NCBI GenBank assembly: GCA_032718475.1
Contig: JAUCBJ010001841.1
Span: forward strand, 49,755 to 113,754
DNA from: Nemertoderma westbladi
Lineage: Eukaryota; Animalia; Xenacoelomorpha
DNA length: 64,000 nt
Direction: 5' to 3'
Shown here: piece by piece, positions 49,901 to 58,687 of the stretch
How positions within the stretch are numbered: position 1 is the stretch's first letter
Layout: each line of letters starts with the position of its first letter
Notes under the pieces: generated by a model
What the model was told of the DNA's origin: nothing
The model's database searches: none
The model's input: only the letters and a program-made list of their open reading frames with translations
Program-made: the position numbers and the translations under genes

Positions 49901-52900
49901 TGTTTATACCAAATTTTTCTTTTAGAGCGAAGTTTGAAGTTGGCGCCACGGACACCGATTGTGATATCTGCGGCTAGTGAGTACCTAGAATACGGTCCCA
50001 AGGATAGGAGTAGGCTTATGGTTATCTACGCTCAGACGCTACAGTCTGACAGTACCGTAGTTGTTTTGTTACCTAACTCAGTCAGTCAGTAAGCAGTACT
50101 GCAGTAACAACTGCGGAACTAAAACTGTCGGCTTATTTGAATTAATTTGGACAGATGACTTTATTACGTGTACATTATAACAATAGGCCTAATGAATGCA
50201 TTAAAAATTATCCAGACCAAGTTTCACTACTGCAGACCACAAGAGGGGCGGCATTACAGACACACCCATCGTTGCTATAGCGACATTAATACGGAGAAGG
50301 ATCCCCGGATACCGGACAAACCGTCGTTGCCACGATCGCGACGAACCTTCGGTAAGGAGCGATCGGAACCACATCCCGACCCGAGCCAACCCTACATCGT
50401 CAATATGTACCCGGACTGTCAGTGGCCCCTCGCGGACCTACTGGCGAGATACCGGTACTCGCGGGACATCGATAAGCAGTTGCTAGGGCCCGCGCTGGCG
50501 GTCGATACAGACAGCGCTCTCATATACCTCTGGGTGCGCATTAACTGCTACTGCGTATTCTTCCCCGAGGGCGAGGGCTTGAGGCGAATGACATCGAAGC
50601 GAGCTCCGCGCTACTACAAAGAGAAGCGACAACTCCACAAACCAGAGCTGTCGGGTCAGATTGTCCTGCCGCACCCCTCGGGAGTTAAACCTCGAAGAGT
50701 CGTCGCTTTCGCTCCCCCTAAACTCGTTGAACCCGCACTAGAGGCGGGCGCCGCGCTCGCAGGAGGGACGGAGATTATAGACGCCGTACTAGACCGGGGG
50801 AATCTCATCGACTACGTTGTCTGCCACACCGAGATATTTAAAGAGATCGAAAGTAACATCTACCTGCGGGACCGGTTGGGTTCCGCCTTCCCCAGTCGCA
50901 GTAACAAGTCGGTACGCAATGAGGTCGCTAGAGGCGTTAAGTACTTCTTGGGCTGTCAGGAATACCGCGCGTTCCATTACGGAGACCCAGACGGCGAGAA
51001 CGGTAGAACCTCCACCGCAGACATCAGTCTGCCCGTCGGAACATTGAGCATGTCCGACACTAATATCGCTGAGAATATAGCCGAGGTGCGACGAGTTCTA
51101 GAATCTAATCACCATGACGTTGACTACGTCAAACAGACTCGACCATCTATGGTCAACGCTTTCTTCCAATGGTTTCGATTAGCTATGCCACTGCTCTCTA
51201 AGACTACCTATGTGCTAGATATAGATTCCTGTAAAGCATAGTATACCAGTATTGATATTAAAGTAATATTATACACGAACACGTATTCACATTCTTACTC
51301 TACCAACGACATAGAGTCAATGTTAAAAAAATTATTAATTTAAAATAAGTAAAATTTACATTGGCTTGTTGCACATTAATTGCTATATCTAGTAATTAGA
51401 AGTCGCATACAATTTTTTAAATATATCATAAAGTACTCGATATATTAATTTCCTCTTAAAACTGATGGAAAAAAATATCCAACGAACTGCTAGGAAATTG
51501 AATAATGACTTCCACAATGTTTAGTGTCATACATCACCACTGCCTAATGAATGCATATTTGAACAAATAAAACCATAAACAAGATCATACAAAACAAACA
51601 AAATGTAAACAACAAAACAAAACGCACCATATAAACAAAATAAACAAATGTAAACAAACAATGATAAAAACAAGTTCACCACCCTCAGAAAAAATTTACC
51701 ATAAACTCATGGATTATTAATTTTTCTGGGCCAGCTTTTCCTTTCTCTGGGCCGACGACATTTTCTCTATGCTTAATAATTGCTGGTACTACAACTGTTC
51801 TCTACTAAAAAACTATTTCGTATGTCCTGTTAGATACGTAACGTACCATTAAAAAAATGAAATTCATACTTCTACTTCACATGGGTGAAGAACATCTAAA
51901 GTTCGCTACCAACCTCCTTAGCAACGGGTGTCAATTCAGCACGCGCTTATAGCATTCAAAAATACGAAATGGCATGGCAAGGCTACAAGGCATGGTCCGC
52001 ATTAAATTAACTGCATCAATCAGCAATCGCCTGGAATCAAACCTATTCTGAAGGTAAGTTTATTCGGGGCAGCAGTACAGTAGTGCTTGTGCTGCTATAT
52101 GGCAGTCCATTTTGGGCTCTTATGGCGAGAGATTTCCCTAAGCCCGGCATCACCCTGCAGCCAATACGGGTGAGAGTTGCTGGCCACTGCTATCGTAGAC
52201 GTGATCAAGTGATTGAGCCGAAATGTGGTGGTCGCTAACTGACATTCCTGAAACGTGAATCTGCTGAAGGACAATGTTCTTGATAATGTGGAGCAGATGA
52301 ATTGGGCAGTTCATGACTGATAGCGAACTGTGGTGGTGTTGTATCCTAATGGAGCGGCTGATTTTAGTTCTCCAATCTACCGCTAGTTGGCTTAAATAAA
52401 ACACATTTTAGAAATTTGTCTGAAATGAAAACTTTCTGCCATTTCGTATTATTTTTTATAATCGTTTCTTCCTGATTTATACCTGGGCTGCACATATTCT
52501 AGACCTCAGAATATTTTTTTGAGGTATTAAATCGTCTGCAGTTACCCAGTCTGGCGCTAGGGGGGTAAAAGTAATTAGGGGACATCTGCCTTTAAAAGCG
52601 CGAAGGCCCAACTTCGAGTAGGCCTAATAGTATTTTAGAATTTCGGACTCACCTTAATCTCCCGAAGACTCAAACATTCATCCCAACTATAATACAACTT
52701 CTTCATTCTATAAAATAAAGCCAGAATTAATTACTAATTAATTAATTAATAACAACAGAATTAATTAATTAAGCGCGTCAACTACTAGACTTTGTTAATT
52801 TGAAAATTGCCGATAATGGTTAATCTGTTCTTTGCTTTATGAGTTTTGAAAAAGTTAATTTTTCTTTGTTGTAACCTGTAAGTCAGGGAGGGCGGCTCTC

Positions 52901-53837
52901 TAACTCCCATGGTTGAACACTCAGCATCCCTTTATTTACCCCCGTAACTACTACTACTAATACTAGGATCGGCATGCTGCATTGCAGCTGCATTTTTAAG
53001 AATGCTGTGCCGGCTTGTCGACAAAATTGCGCCGCCACAACTCCCTATCACCCATGACATTTGCTAGATCATCCGCATCTTCAAGGCCAGTGTCCTTTAA
53101 GATGCGAAGTAACAGATGCAAACAATAAGGCTGATGAGACGTTGTCGCGCATCGAATCCGGGACCTCCCAACAGGAGCCATTCTACCAACCTAGTTGGAT
53201 TTAAACAATACCTCCCATGTGTGCTTTTATTGGGAACGATATGCACTTAATCTCGCATTTTATATTACAGTAAAAATTACAGTGCCGGCTGAATGACAAA
53301 AAGGATACCAAAGCAACTGAAACATAAACCCATTACAAGTCTACCAAACAACACCACTGATTCCTGCCGCATTGCCAAACCATAATCCACGCTAAGATCA
53401 TAAAATCTCCCGTTCACCATTTCAAAAGTGAAAGACAATCTCACGGGAAGTTTGTCTCCCTACGAGCACGAGCACGAGCACGATCACATTTCATGTATAT
53501 CACATTGTCCATACGTCAGCGTAACAGCCTATCATTAATCGTCCTGCTGCATTGCAGCTACACATTGAGATGCCATGCCGGCTTATCGATAAATTGCGCC
53601 GCCACAACTTTCTATCCCCCATGACTTTAGCCAGATTATCCGTATCTTCAAGACCAGTGGCCTTCAAGAGGCGTCTTTGAAATACATAAAACCACAAATT
53701 ATTTCAAAATTTACTCACATTTTAATGGCAATCTTCTCTCGCTGTTCTGGTCTTTTTTCTTTATCTATAACATGGCCTAGCCAAACAGTACCATAAGTTC
53801 CGGTACCCAATATTTTAACCTTTTCATATTTATTCAT
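22095..53837 (-). CDS. MAK: MAK/ICK (CILK1)-family RCK Ser/Thr kinase, 12 coding exons, ~690 aa
   Basis: Exons (minus): 53837-53719, 52707-52653, 40470-40331, 38688-38473, 38356-38188, 35530-35282, 32794-32387, 25955-25878, 23342-23198, 22838-22686, 22550-22365, 22249-22095. All are GT-AG and phase-compatible (2073 nt). Motifs: [88 protein letters not shown] and C-terminal [10 protein letters not shown]. Extra small exons in the C-terminal half cannot be excluded. Confidence 0.92.
22365..22550 (-). CDS. MAK: MAK exon 11
   Basis: ttgcag| acceptor and G|gtgagt donor; contains SYIPSF. Confidence 0.8.
22686..22838 (-). CDS. MAK: MAK exon 10
   Basis: tttcag| acceptor and A|gtaagt donor; open and phase-compatible. 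Confidence 0.78.
23198..23342 (-). CDS. MAK: MAK exon 9
   Basis: Contains the conserved [15 protein letters not shown] block. Confidence 0.85.
25510..25810 (-). repeat. 30-bp tandem repeat (~9-10 copies) encoding ([10 protein letters not shown])n in the read-through frame of MAK exon 8
   Basis: cccttaacagctgatggaatgtttgcgtca-like units inside ORF 25949-25332. Confidence 0.85.
25878..25955 (-). CDS. MAK: MAK exon 8 (frame stays open past the donor to 25332)
   Basis: ttttag|GAAGACATG acceptor and AAG|gtaagt donor; phase 0 at both ends. Confidence 0.7.
25996..28919. repeat. 20-bp minisatellite (cgcagaccgcagtacgttac)n, ~146 copies
   Basis: Directly visible, low-divergence tandem array with no spacers. 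Confidence 0.98.
30156..30476. mobile_element. tRNA-derived palindromic element, family 3 (diverged)
   Basis: A-box TAGCTCAGTGG at 30346 and B-box GGTTCGAATCC at 30389. Inverted counterpart ggattcgaac at ~30239. Outer arms atattgaa..ccggtgag..ttgttgaaaat and attttcaacagg..ctcaccagc..ttcaatat. Confidence 0.65.
30656..32362. repeat. 39-bp minisatellite (gtggatctacgatagttacacttttatacttaactgtcg)n, ~43 copies
   Basis: Directly visible tandem array ending ~25 bp from the MAK exon 7 donor. Confidence 0.98.
32387..32794 (-). CDS. MAK: MAK exon 7
   Basis: [10 protein letters not shown] closes the kinase domain and is followed by the low-complexity tail; GGT|gtaagt donor. Confidence 0.82.
33540..33910. 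repeat. Nested foldback element
   Basis: aatagacccc.ttgttgct.tgtaaaatccat pairs with atggattttacatagcaacaacgggtctatt; an inner inverted pair gatgaattgcgaatt.tagttatgggtt / aacccataactaattcgcaattcatc lies between them. Confidence 0.75.
35282..35530 (-). CDS. MAK: MAK exon 6
   Basis: [18 protein letters not shown]...[26 protein letters not shown]. Confidence 0.9.
35820..37020. repeat. Large foldback element with ~250-bp imperfect inverted arms
   Basis: tttccaagt..cgtatggcctt.gagaagc.aagata..agcagttaattagt (35860-35920) pairs with actaattaactgc.tttatcttggcttctcaaaggccatacg..acttggaaaat (36920-36980); aatccccataccccat pairs with atggggtatggggatt. Confidence 0.7.
37015..37401. mobile_element. 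MITE with TAGTGTTTAA.CGGGAT TIRs (hAT-like)
   Basis: tagtgtttaaacgggat ... atcccgcttaaacacta, with subterminal cgggat repeats. The TSD is only approximate. Confidence 0.55.
37905..37941. repeat. (AAC)n microsatellite
   Basis: About 12 AAC units. Confidence 0.95.
38188..38356 (-). CDS. MAK: MAK exon 5
   Basis: [29 protein letters not shown]...[17 protein letters not shown]. Confidence 0.93.
38473..38688 (-). CDS. MAK: MAK exon 4
   Basis: Contains [11 protein letters not shown] and the TDY activation loop. Confidence 0.95.
38823..40240 (-). mobile_element. 5'-truncated RTE LINE (family B) in MAK intron 3
   Basis: RT motifs [34 protein letters not shown] and YLGS, with frameshifts; (TAG)n tail at 38823-38842. 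Confidence 0.92.
40331..40470 (-). CDS. MAK: MAK exon 3
   Basis: SLSKLSH...[11 protein letters not shown]...[19 protein letters not shown]. Confidence 0.92.
40530..41035 (+). mobile_element. Degenerate LINE 3' end (RTE-like) with a (TAC)n tail, tail-to-tail with family A
   Basis: SWDTI...KDLL...EAARIA...CHPIPPLGT resembles RTE C-termini; weak. Confidence 0.4.
41030..43904 (-). mobile_element. Near full-length RTE LINE (family A): 5' UTR, partial APE endonuclease, RT, (TAG)n tail; inactivated
   Basis: APE motifs [14 protein letters not shown] and SDHR (43550-42850), and RT ORF 42813-41203. It has a frameshift near 42850, a TGG>TGA stop at 41203 and a deleted APE N-terminus. The natural stop is the first TAG of the tail (41043-41041). 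Confidence 0.93.
43769..43904 (-). ncRNA. Candidate HDV-like self-cleaving ribozyme at the 5' end of the RTE element
   Basis: Minus strand: P1 GUGUAGC/GUUAGAU (one mismatch), P2 CACCGG/CCGGUG, P3 CCU/AGG, L3 UUCGCGU, GG for P1.1, J4/2 CUAAU. P4 is weak. Confidence 0.6.
44260..44640 (-). mobile_element. Degenerate L2/CR1-type LINE 3' fragment
   Basis: [17 protein letters not shown] resembles the GxRAFSxAAPxLWNSLP motif at the end of L2/CR1 ORF2. Confidence 0.55.
45516..47873 (-). CDS. MOGS: Mannosyl-oligosaccharide glucosidase (ER glucosidase I, GH63), intronless, nested in MAK intron 2
   Basis: Probable start MPVRQRHGK at 47873 (ORF open from 47960), followed by a basic tail and TM anchor. 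Motifs [66 protein letters not shown] and PFTGWSAL. Confidence 0.97.
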   Translation of the reverse strand: MPVRQRHGKANSREQQHYRSGDAKRNKRGFALQPSHVALALSALAAVCWAGYLGYRMYQRHRVTSPIDLPRVAPVTDSDPGMLWGSYRPGVYFGMKARVPGSPVVGLAWWTETRGTPAVRHDCRHGDGLQRYGWTKHDGRNFGSQEIVDGSVVLRTEFAKQPLWGGWSARIAVTKATERGSNNPVSLVVYIATEDPYNELEPVMDGVNLDSVQGRSSELGWFRLGFHSDNQSQRTTSYFLGNHQGFHQLNSVLESSIRPTEGRSVHLLSGDRRSEGRTPDLVAYQLVGSLPLVLEVSYSTQQPAPVGPQLSALLARLSSEFDVKFARVFGISSAAGFNDSQIGFAQSAVSNMLGGIGYFHGHVFVSSEFHEPGEVNAFGPFALYTGVPSRSFFPRGFLWDEGFHLLLVSRWDPDIARDIASHWLNLMNSEGWIPRETILGLEARARVPSEFVVQRNTDANPPSLLLALDSLRSSSPEFLRAAFPRLVAWYDWFNATQTSRYGAYRWRGRNATTTAELNPKTLTSGLDDYPRASHPGDHERHLDLLCWMARISGVLGRIATAVGEPAERFLVAASQLSASVVSQHWSTELNAFADYGLHSGKVTLVRPPSPPGGPPGESKPQKYRKVLEEPKLGFVDSFGYVSLFPLAMKLLPADSPLLGRLLEELDDPTLLWTPYGLRSLSRRHPLYMKRNTEHDPPYWRGAVWVNINYLVVEGLRHYELVAGPHRHRARELRSRLQGNLVRTVYRQYVRTGYIWESYSDSTGKGQGTHPFTGWSALVVLLMDES
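50192..51241 (+). CDS. MRPL1: Mitochondrial ribosomal protein L1 (uL1m), intronless CDS, nested antisense in MAK intron 2
   Basis: ATG at 50192. L1-family motifs GQIVLPHP...RVVAFA...[15 protein letters not shown]...DYVVCH...LRDRLG..FP...[18 protein letters not shown] possible upstream exon lies at 49926-49976 (tttag|...|gtgagt). Confidence 0.8.
   Translation: MNALKIIQTKFHYCRPQEGRHYRHTHRCYSDINTEKDPRIPDKPSLPRSRRTFGKERSEPHPDPSQPYIVNMYPDCQWPLADLLARYRYSRDIDKQLLGPALAVDTDSALIYLWVRINCYCVFFPEGEGLRRMTSKRAPRYYKEKRQLHKPELSGQIVLPHPSGVKPRRVVAFAPPKLVEPALEAGAALAGGTEIIDAVLDRGNLIDYVVCHTEIFKEIESNIYLRDRLGSAFPSRSNKSVRNEVARGVKYFLGCQEYRAFHYGDPDGENGRTSTADISLPVGTLSMSDTNIAENIAEVRRVLESNHHDVDYVKQTRPSMVNAFFQWFRLAMPLLSKTTYVLDIDSCKA
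51880..52345 (+). mobile_element. Highly degenerate RTE LINE 3' fragment
   Basis: Remnants of KAW, LFGAAV..VLLYG, AGHCYRR and DSELWW. Confidence 0.5.
52653..52707 (-). CDS. MAK: MAK exon 2 (55 bp)
   Basis: [18 protein letters not shown], with ttatag| acceptor and |gtgagt donor. Confidence 0.92.
52947..53105 (-). mobile_element. Short 3' fragment of RTE family B with (TAG)n tail
   Basis: Near identical to 38823-38982; a more diverged copy lies at ~53540-53675. Confidence 0.85.
53719..53837 (-). CDS. MAK: MAK exon 1 (start codon 53837)
   Basis: [21 protein letters not shown]...EKIAIK followed by |gtgagt. Confidence 0.92.
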
Positions 53838-54807
53838 TGTAAATCAAATTTACAATTACGATAAACATATTGCACACAAGTTTCACTACAACATATTTAA
53901 ATTAAACTTAAATTTATTTCTCCACCAGACGATGATATTTGTCTATCTGTCTTAGGTTTATTATTGGCTTGTAATCGAACAGCTGATTCTCAACAGCACC
54001 ATTTGAACTTTGAAGAGCCCATCCATCGGGCCATCAGTTTGAATTCGCGCAGATATAACGATGCGCTAGTCTTTCAAATTCGGTAGAAGCATTACGTTTT
54101 ACAATATAAACGCAAATAGTTTTATTAGCTGTAGTACGTATGTACTGTTGGATGCTCTGTTATGTGTTATGTAAGCTTACTTAGCTACGTACCGGTATGT
54201 ATGTACAAACTGCCGCTGATACACCTGTAATCATATGCTAGAACTCACCCCCATGTGCCATGGCAACATGGTAGAACTCGCTGACCTGCCCCCCCCCCCC
54301 CATGTTCTTAACTATTATCACGATGTTTTTTGTTCTAGAACATGAATTTCAACTTCTGGGAGAAGTTAGCTATTTTTTTAATGTTAGCTAATATTTTTTA
54401 AGGTAGCTAATGAGAAACTTTTAAAATTTAAATTTTTAAGAGTATGTTCTTTATGGGTTGTATAGTTTTATTATATATAGCCTATAAATCAGTATTACGG
54501 TATCATGTTTTTTGTACCGGTAGGCCTACAAGAAGACTTTTCGACTTTTATTAAGGAGACTTTAATTATATATTATTATGCATAATTAATAATCTTTCTG
54601 AATAATATAATAAAATTAGCTAATAAAAATTACTAGCTAACACAAATTCAAAATTAATAGCTGCCTACTATCTTACTGTCAGAAGGTCAAATATTTGTTC
54701 TAGAACAAAAAGCTTGTGATAAATGGAAAAAAATTGTCAAAAAGTGGGACCCAAGGCGTAGTAATGACCATTAAATAAATATATGAAATTGGCTACATAC
54801 CCATATT

Positions 54808-55710
54808 ACTACTACCACTACTATAGGCATGCTATATTTCAGCTGCACTATATATAAATTATATATAAATTAGAAAGAATGATGTGCCGGCTTGTCAACA
54901 AAATTGCGCCGCCACGACTCCTTATCACCCATGACATTTGCAAGATGTGATCGCGTCTCAAGAAAGTCATGTGCTATCCACCATGCTTATTCACTCCACG
55001 AGGCCATCAAAGCACAAGATTAAGCACTGGCTAGTCCTCGCGGCGAAAGCAATGTCCTGCTAAGCAGAGGCGGCTCCTTTCAAGTGTCAAGCTAGGGGAG
55101 ATTAATGGAACACCTCCAATGTTGTATAGAGTCCGGTTGGAGATGTGTTCATTGTAGTATTGGTTCTTCTGCTGCTCTAAATAATCGAACCTTGAAATTC
55201 TGTGGGACTTCCAAATCATAACAGACTATTCATTGCTGCCCATGCCTTCCCCTTACGTATCCGAAGATCTTCATCTGAGTTCCGGATTCATGATCGCAAG
55301 TAGCAGAAGCACAAGTAAGCCATCCCTGGAGCTTATGCCCTTACGATCAGACATTTCTTGAGGGCTGTCAAGGTTCACTGTCATAATTTTTGTGTTCTTG
55401 GAATTTACAAAAAGACCAACACTCAAAGCAACCTGCTCCAATGAGAAGAGGAGCCTTTGGGCTCCCTCTAGTGATTTTGACAGTATCCCTCCCCCCTAGG
55501 TCATTAGCAAAGTCTAGATCAGTCAGGTACTTCGCTGGATTTCCTCTACTTCTTGAGCAAGCAGGGGGTGTTACCACCACCCCATCTTTATTAAGATGGT
55601 CTAAGGACATGCGTAAAACATGATCTACCACAATTATGAATAAGAATGGTGTAAGTGTGTCACCCTGAAGAACTCCCCATAAGACTTCGAATGGATCTGT
55701 GTCACCATCA
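54808..55710 (-). mobile_element. Degenerate RTE family B copy
   Basis: Colinear with 38823-39725 ([25 protein letters not shown]). Confidence 0.85.
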
Positions 55711-56344
55711 TACCCATAAATATATACAAATTGCGAAGATACACTAGAACAGTATAGAGCGAAGTAGCCGGTTAAAGAGGTGGGGGGTGAACCAAATCAT
55801 TAAACGGAAGTTAATAAGTGGTGACTGTACCGCTATGTATTAAATTAAATCTATATGGTGTTAATGTTTGATTCCTTAAAATTGATCTACGTAACCCTTT
55901 CTATATTTTAGCAGGCCCATCACCATCTGTCCCCTACCGTTACAGGTGCAACAACAATTGTTTTACAGAGAACTGAATAGGATATACCTAGGCCTACTCT
56001 ATTACTCTAATAATAGCTAATTAATCTGGAGCATCATAAGTTGCTTGGCAACAATTACTTCCTCAAACTAGAAGTAAACTAATTAACTTTTTTCTACAAA
56101 AAGAAAGTCACCATTTTTATTCTTTTAAATAGAACAAAATGATATCTTAAATTTAATTCTTCCATAGAAAAGCCGTTAAGGTTTCACCATCTCCCTTAAT
56201 ACAACAACCATTTTTAGCAAGCACCGACTTGCTAAAACTGCCCCACCCTAATTTTTTTGCCCCCCACCCTAATTTTTTTCAAATTTCAATCATATTCGAC
56301 GATATTCGGTATGATTATAGTTCGACATATTTTCTTACTGCTCA

Positions 56345-56915
56345 CAGAGCCGGATTTATCAATTATTTAGCTACGAGCCTATAAAACGCCTATTTAGCAA
56401 TATTTAATAATCTCTGTTGGCTGTATTTTTAGTCTTTGTAATGTAGCCTAATCATTAGAACCGCCTTCATCTGCAGATTCTAAATCTGAAAACCGTTTAA
56501 AATTTCACCACTAATTGCCAAGGATATTCTCAAAATACTAAGGTGTACAGTTTAAGACGTAAATCATTACAATTCTGATGTTTTTTTGTCTTTATTCTAG
56601 AATATGAAATATTATTTAGCAGAGCGTTTAAAACTCTCCATCTTGTTTTTCATTACGCGTAATTAATATTCTAGAATTGAGAATAAAAACATTAGAATTA
56701 TATATCGATTTATGTGTCAAAATGTATACCTTTGAATGCAAGTTATTGGTGAAATTAACGGTTTCCAGATTTGAAGTCTGCAGAAGAAGACGGTTCTAAT
56801 GAAAGCGATATTTCATTCAAAAGTCGAAAAATCAAGCCAACAGAGATGGTTAAATATTGTTAAATTTGCACTTTTAAAGGCTCGTTGTAGTTAAATAATT
56901 TGAACATTTAAAAAT
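56345..56915. repeat. ~560-bp imperfect foldback element
   Basis: acgagcct.taaaa...aatatttaa..atctctgttggct...ttagaaccg.cttc.tctgcaga pairs with tctgcagaagaagacggttctaa...agccaacagagat..ttaaatattg...tttaaaggctcgt. Confidence 0.75.
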
Positions 56916-58687
56916 TCGGCCAAGCCAGCAGCGCCAAAAGTAAGGCAAGACGGGGAAGTCCCGTGGTAAGAGTGAGGTGAATGCGACGCGTACGTATAAT
57001 AACGCAACGGAACAACAGTACAATAGCAGCAGACCCTAACCAGGTAACGCAGTGCGGCTACGGTATGTCGTAGGTATAACACGGTGCGGCTACGGTATGG
57101 GAAAATAAGTTACGGGGGGGGGGGTGTCAAAAATGCAAATGTTGGCTCTTGGCCGCTAAGGGGCGTCAAAAATTAACTTTTTTTAAATATTACAATTCAA
57201 TATAGTCCACCCAAAATGTATCTTACATTTTTTTTACTTAATCGCTCTTTGGTGCAGTAAGCATTTCAAAATGTTGACTTCCAAGCCCTTAAAGAATTAA
57301 GCAACAAAAAAGTATCCATTTAAAACCCTTACATTGCATACTGGGTTATATGTGGAACAGCTAATATAATGGTCAATCTAGGAAAGAAATAGAATGAAAG
57401 AGCACCAAATCCACTGCGGTGTTGTCTAAAATTATATATTCAAGAAGAATAAACCCAGTAAAGACTCTAGGTGGTGTTAAAAATACATATATATTACATT
57501 TTTTGCGAGTAAGTCTATTGATTTGGTTGCATTTTAAAAATTGTTAGTTTTCAAATTTTCTTGTTCATGGGTTATCGGCCGCTATTTGAAAAAAAAAATT
57601 TATAGAAGAAAAATTACTTCTCTAAAACATGATCCTTGAAAATTATTGTTAAAATCTACTTTGGGTTGTGTAGAGCGAAAAATAGTGGTGTACCATATAT
57701 GGCACAGTATGCACTCAAGGTAACAGTAAACCTAAGTGCATAACAGCGCCAATCAGAGCCTCTCTCTGTTGTACCATACATAGTACTTATTAACTTGCTA
57801 CAGTCTTTCTCCTTGTCACTTCAATTGAAACATTTATTTATGATATTGTTATTCTACAAGTATAAAATTGTTGTTATGTAGTAATATTGGATTGGGTACC
57901 GTAGAAAATCTAAGATGTACTCGGTTTATAGACTGGCTTTCTTGGTGTTGCTAGCACATATTATATATACTGGTGGGGCCTTCGTGCAGCAAAAGCTGCA
58001 AGCCATCTTATCGAATAATTATAATTCTACTATGGCTAGTTATATTGGCTTCCGACACACACACACACACTGACACACACCCTTATCAGACTTTCAGAAA
58101 ACGACCAGGGTAAAATTATAACAGTTCGCTGATGGTTCGCAGTTTTGACTCGCCCCCCAATACCGTTAGGAGTTAACTACATAGATGATAATTGGCTCCA
58201 TAGATATTTGGCGCCAAATTCTACCAACAACACACATTGTTATGATTTTAGTACAGAAACGAGGCCACGATCCTTCCAAGTATAGTTCCAGTATGTTTGT
58301 ATTCCTTGAATCAAACTCGACTCGCAGACAATAGCTCTTCTCCGTTGCTGGAAGGGATATAGAGGCCACCCATGTGTTTTTAGAAACGACCGATGATATC
58401 TGTTATATCTATTGTATATTGGATCTAATATTCCGAATTCTATACACACGTCCACTTACAACAAGGCGCTCCACTCCCCTATGCATTGTAGCTGCCTCAT
58501 TAATTATTACAGTCAGCCAAACCCGGAGAATATTAAAGGCCCCAGGGACTGGTGAAGTTGCAGTCATTATTTAAAATTTTATTGGTAAATTTAGATTGTC
58601 ATATTTCTACAACAGTTAGTCCTAATTGTATTAAACATGTCCTAAAATACTTTGAGTGACGCTGCTTGGGATTTACTGGTTCGTCTT

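Noticed and set aside
58166-58455. Two short minus-strand ORFs upstream of the zinc-finger gene
   Set aside because: No recognisable motif or splice structure; cannot be supported from sequence alone.
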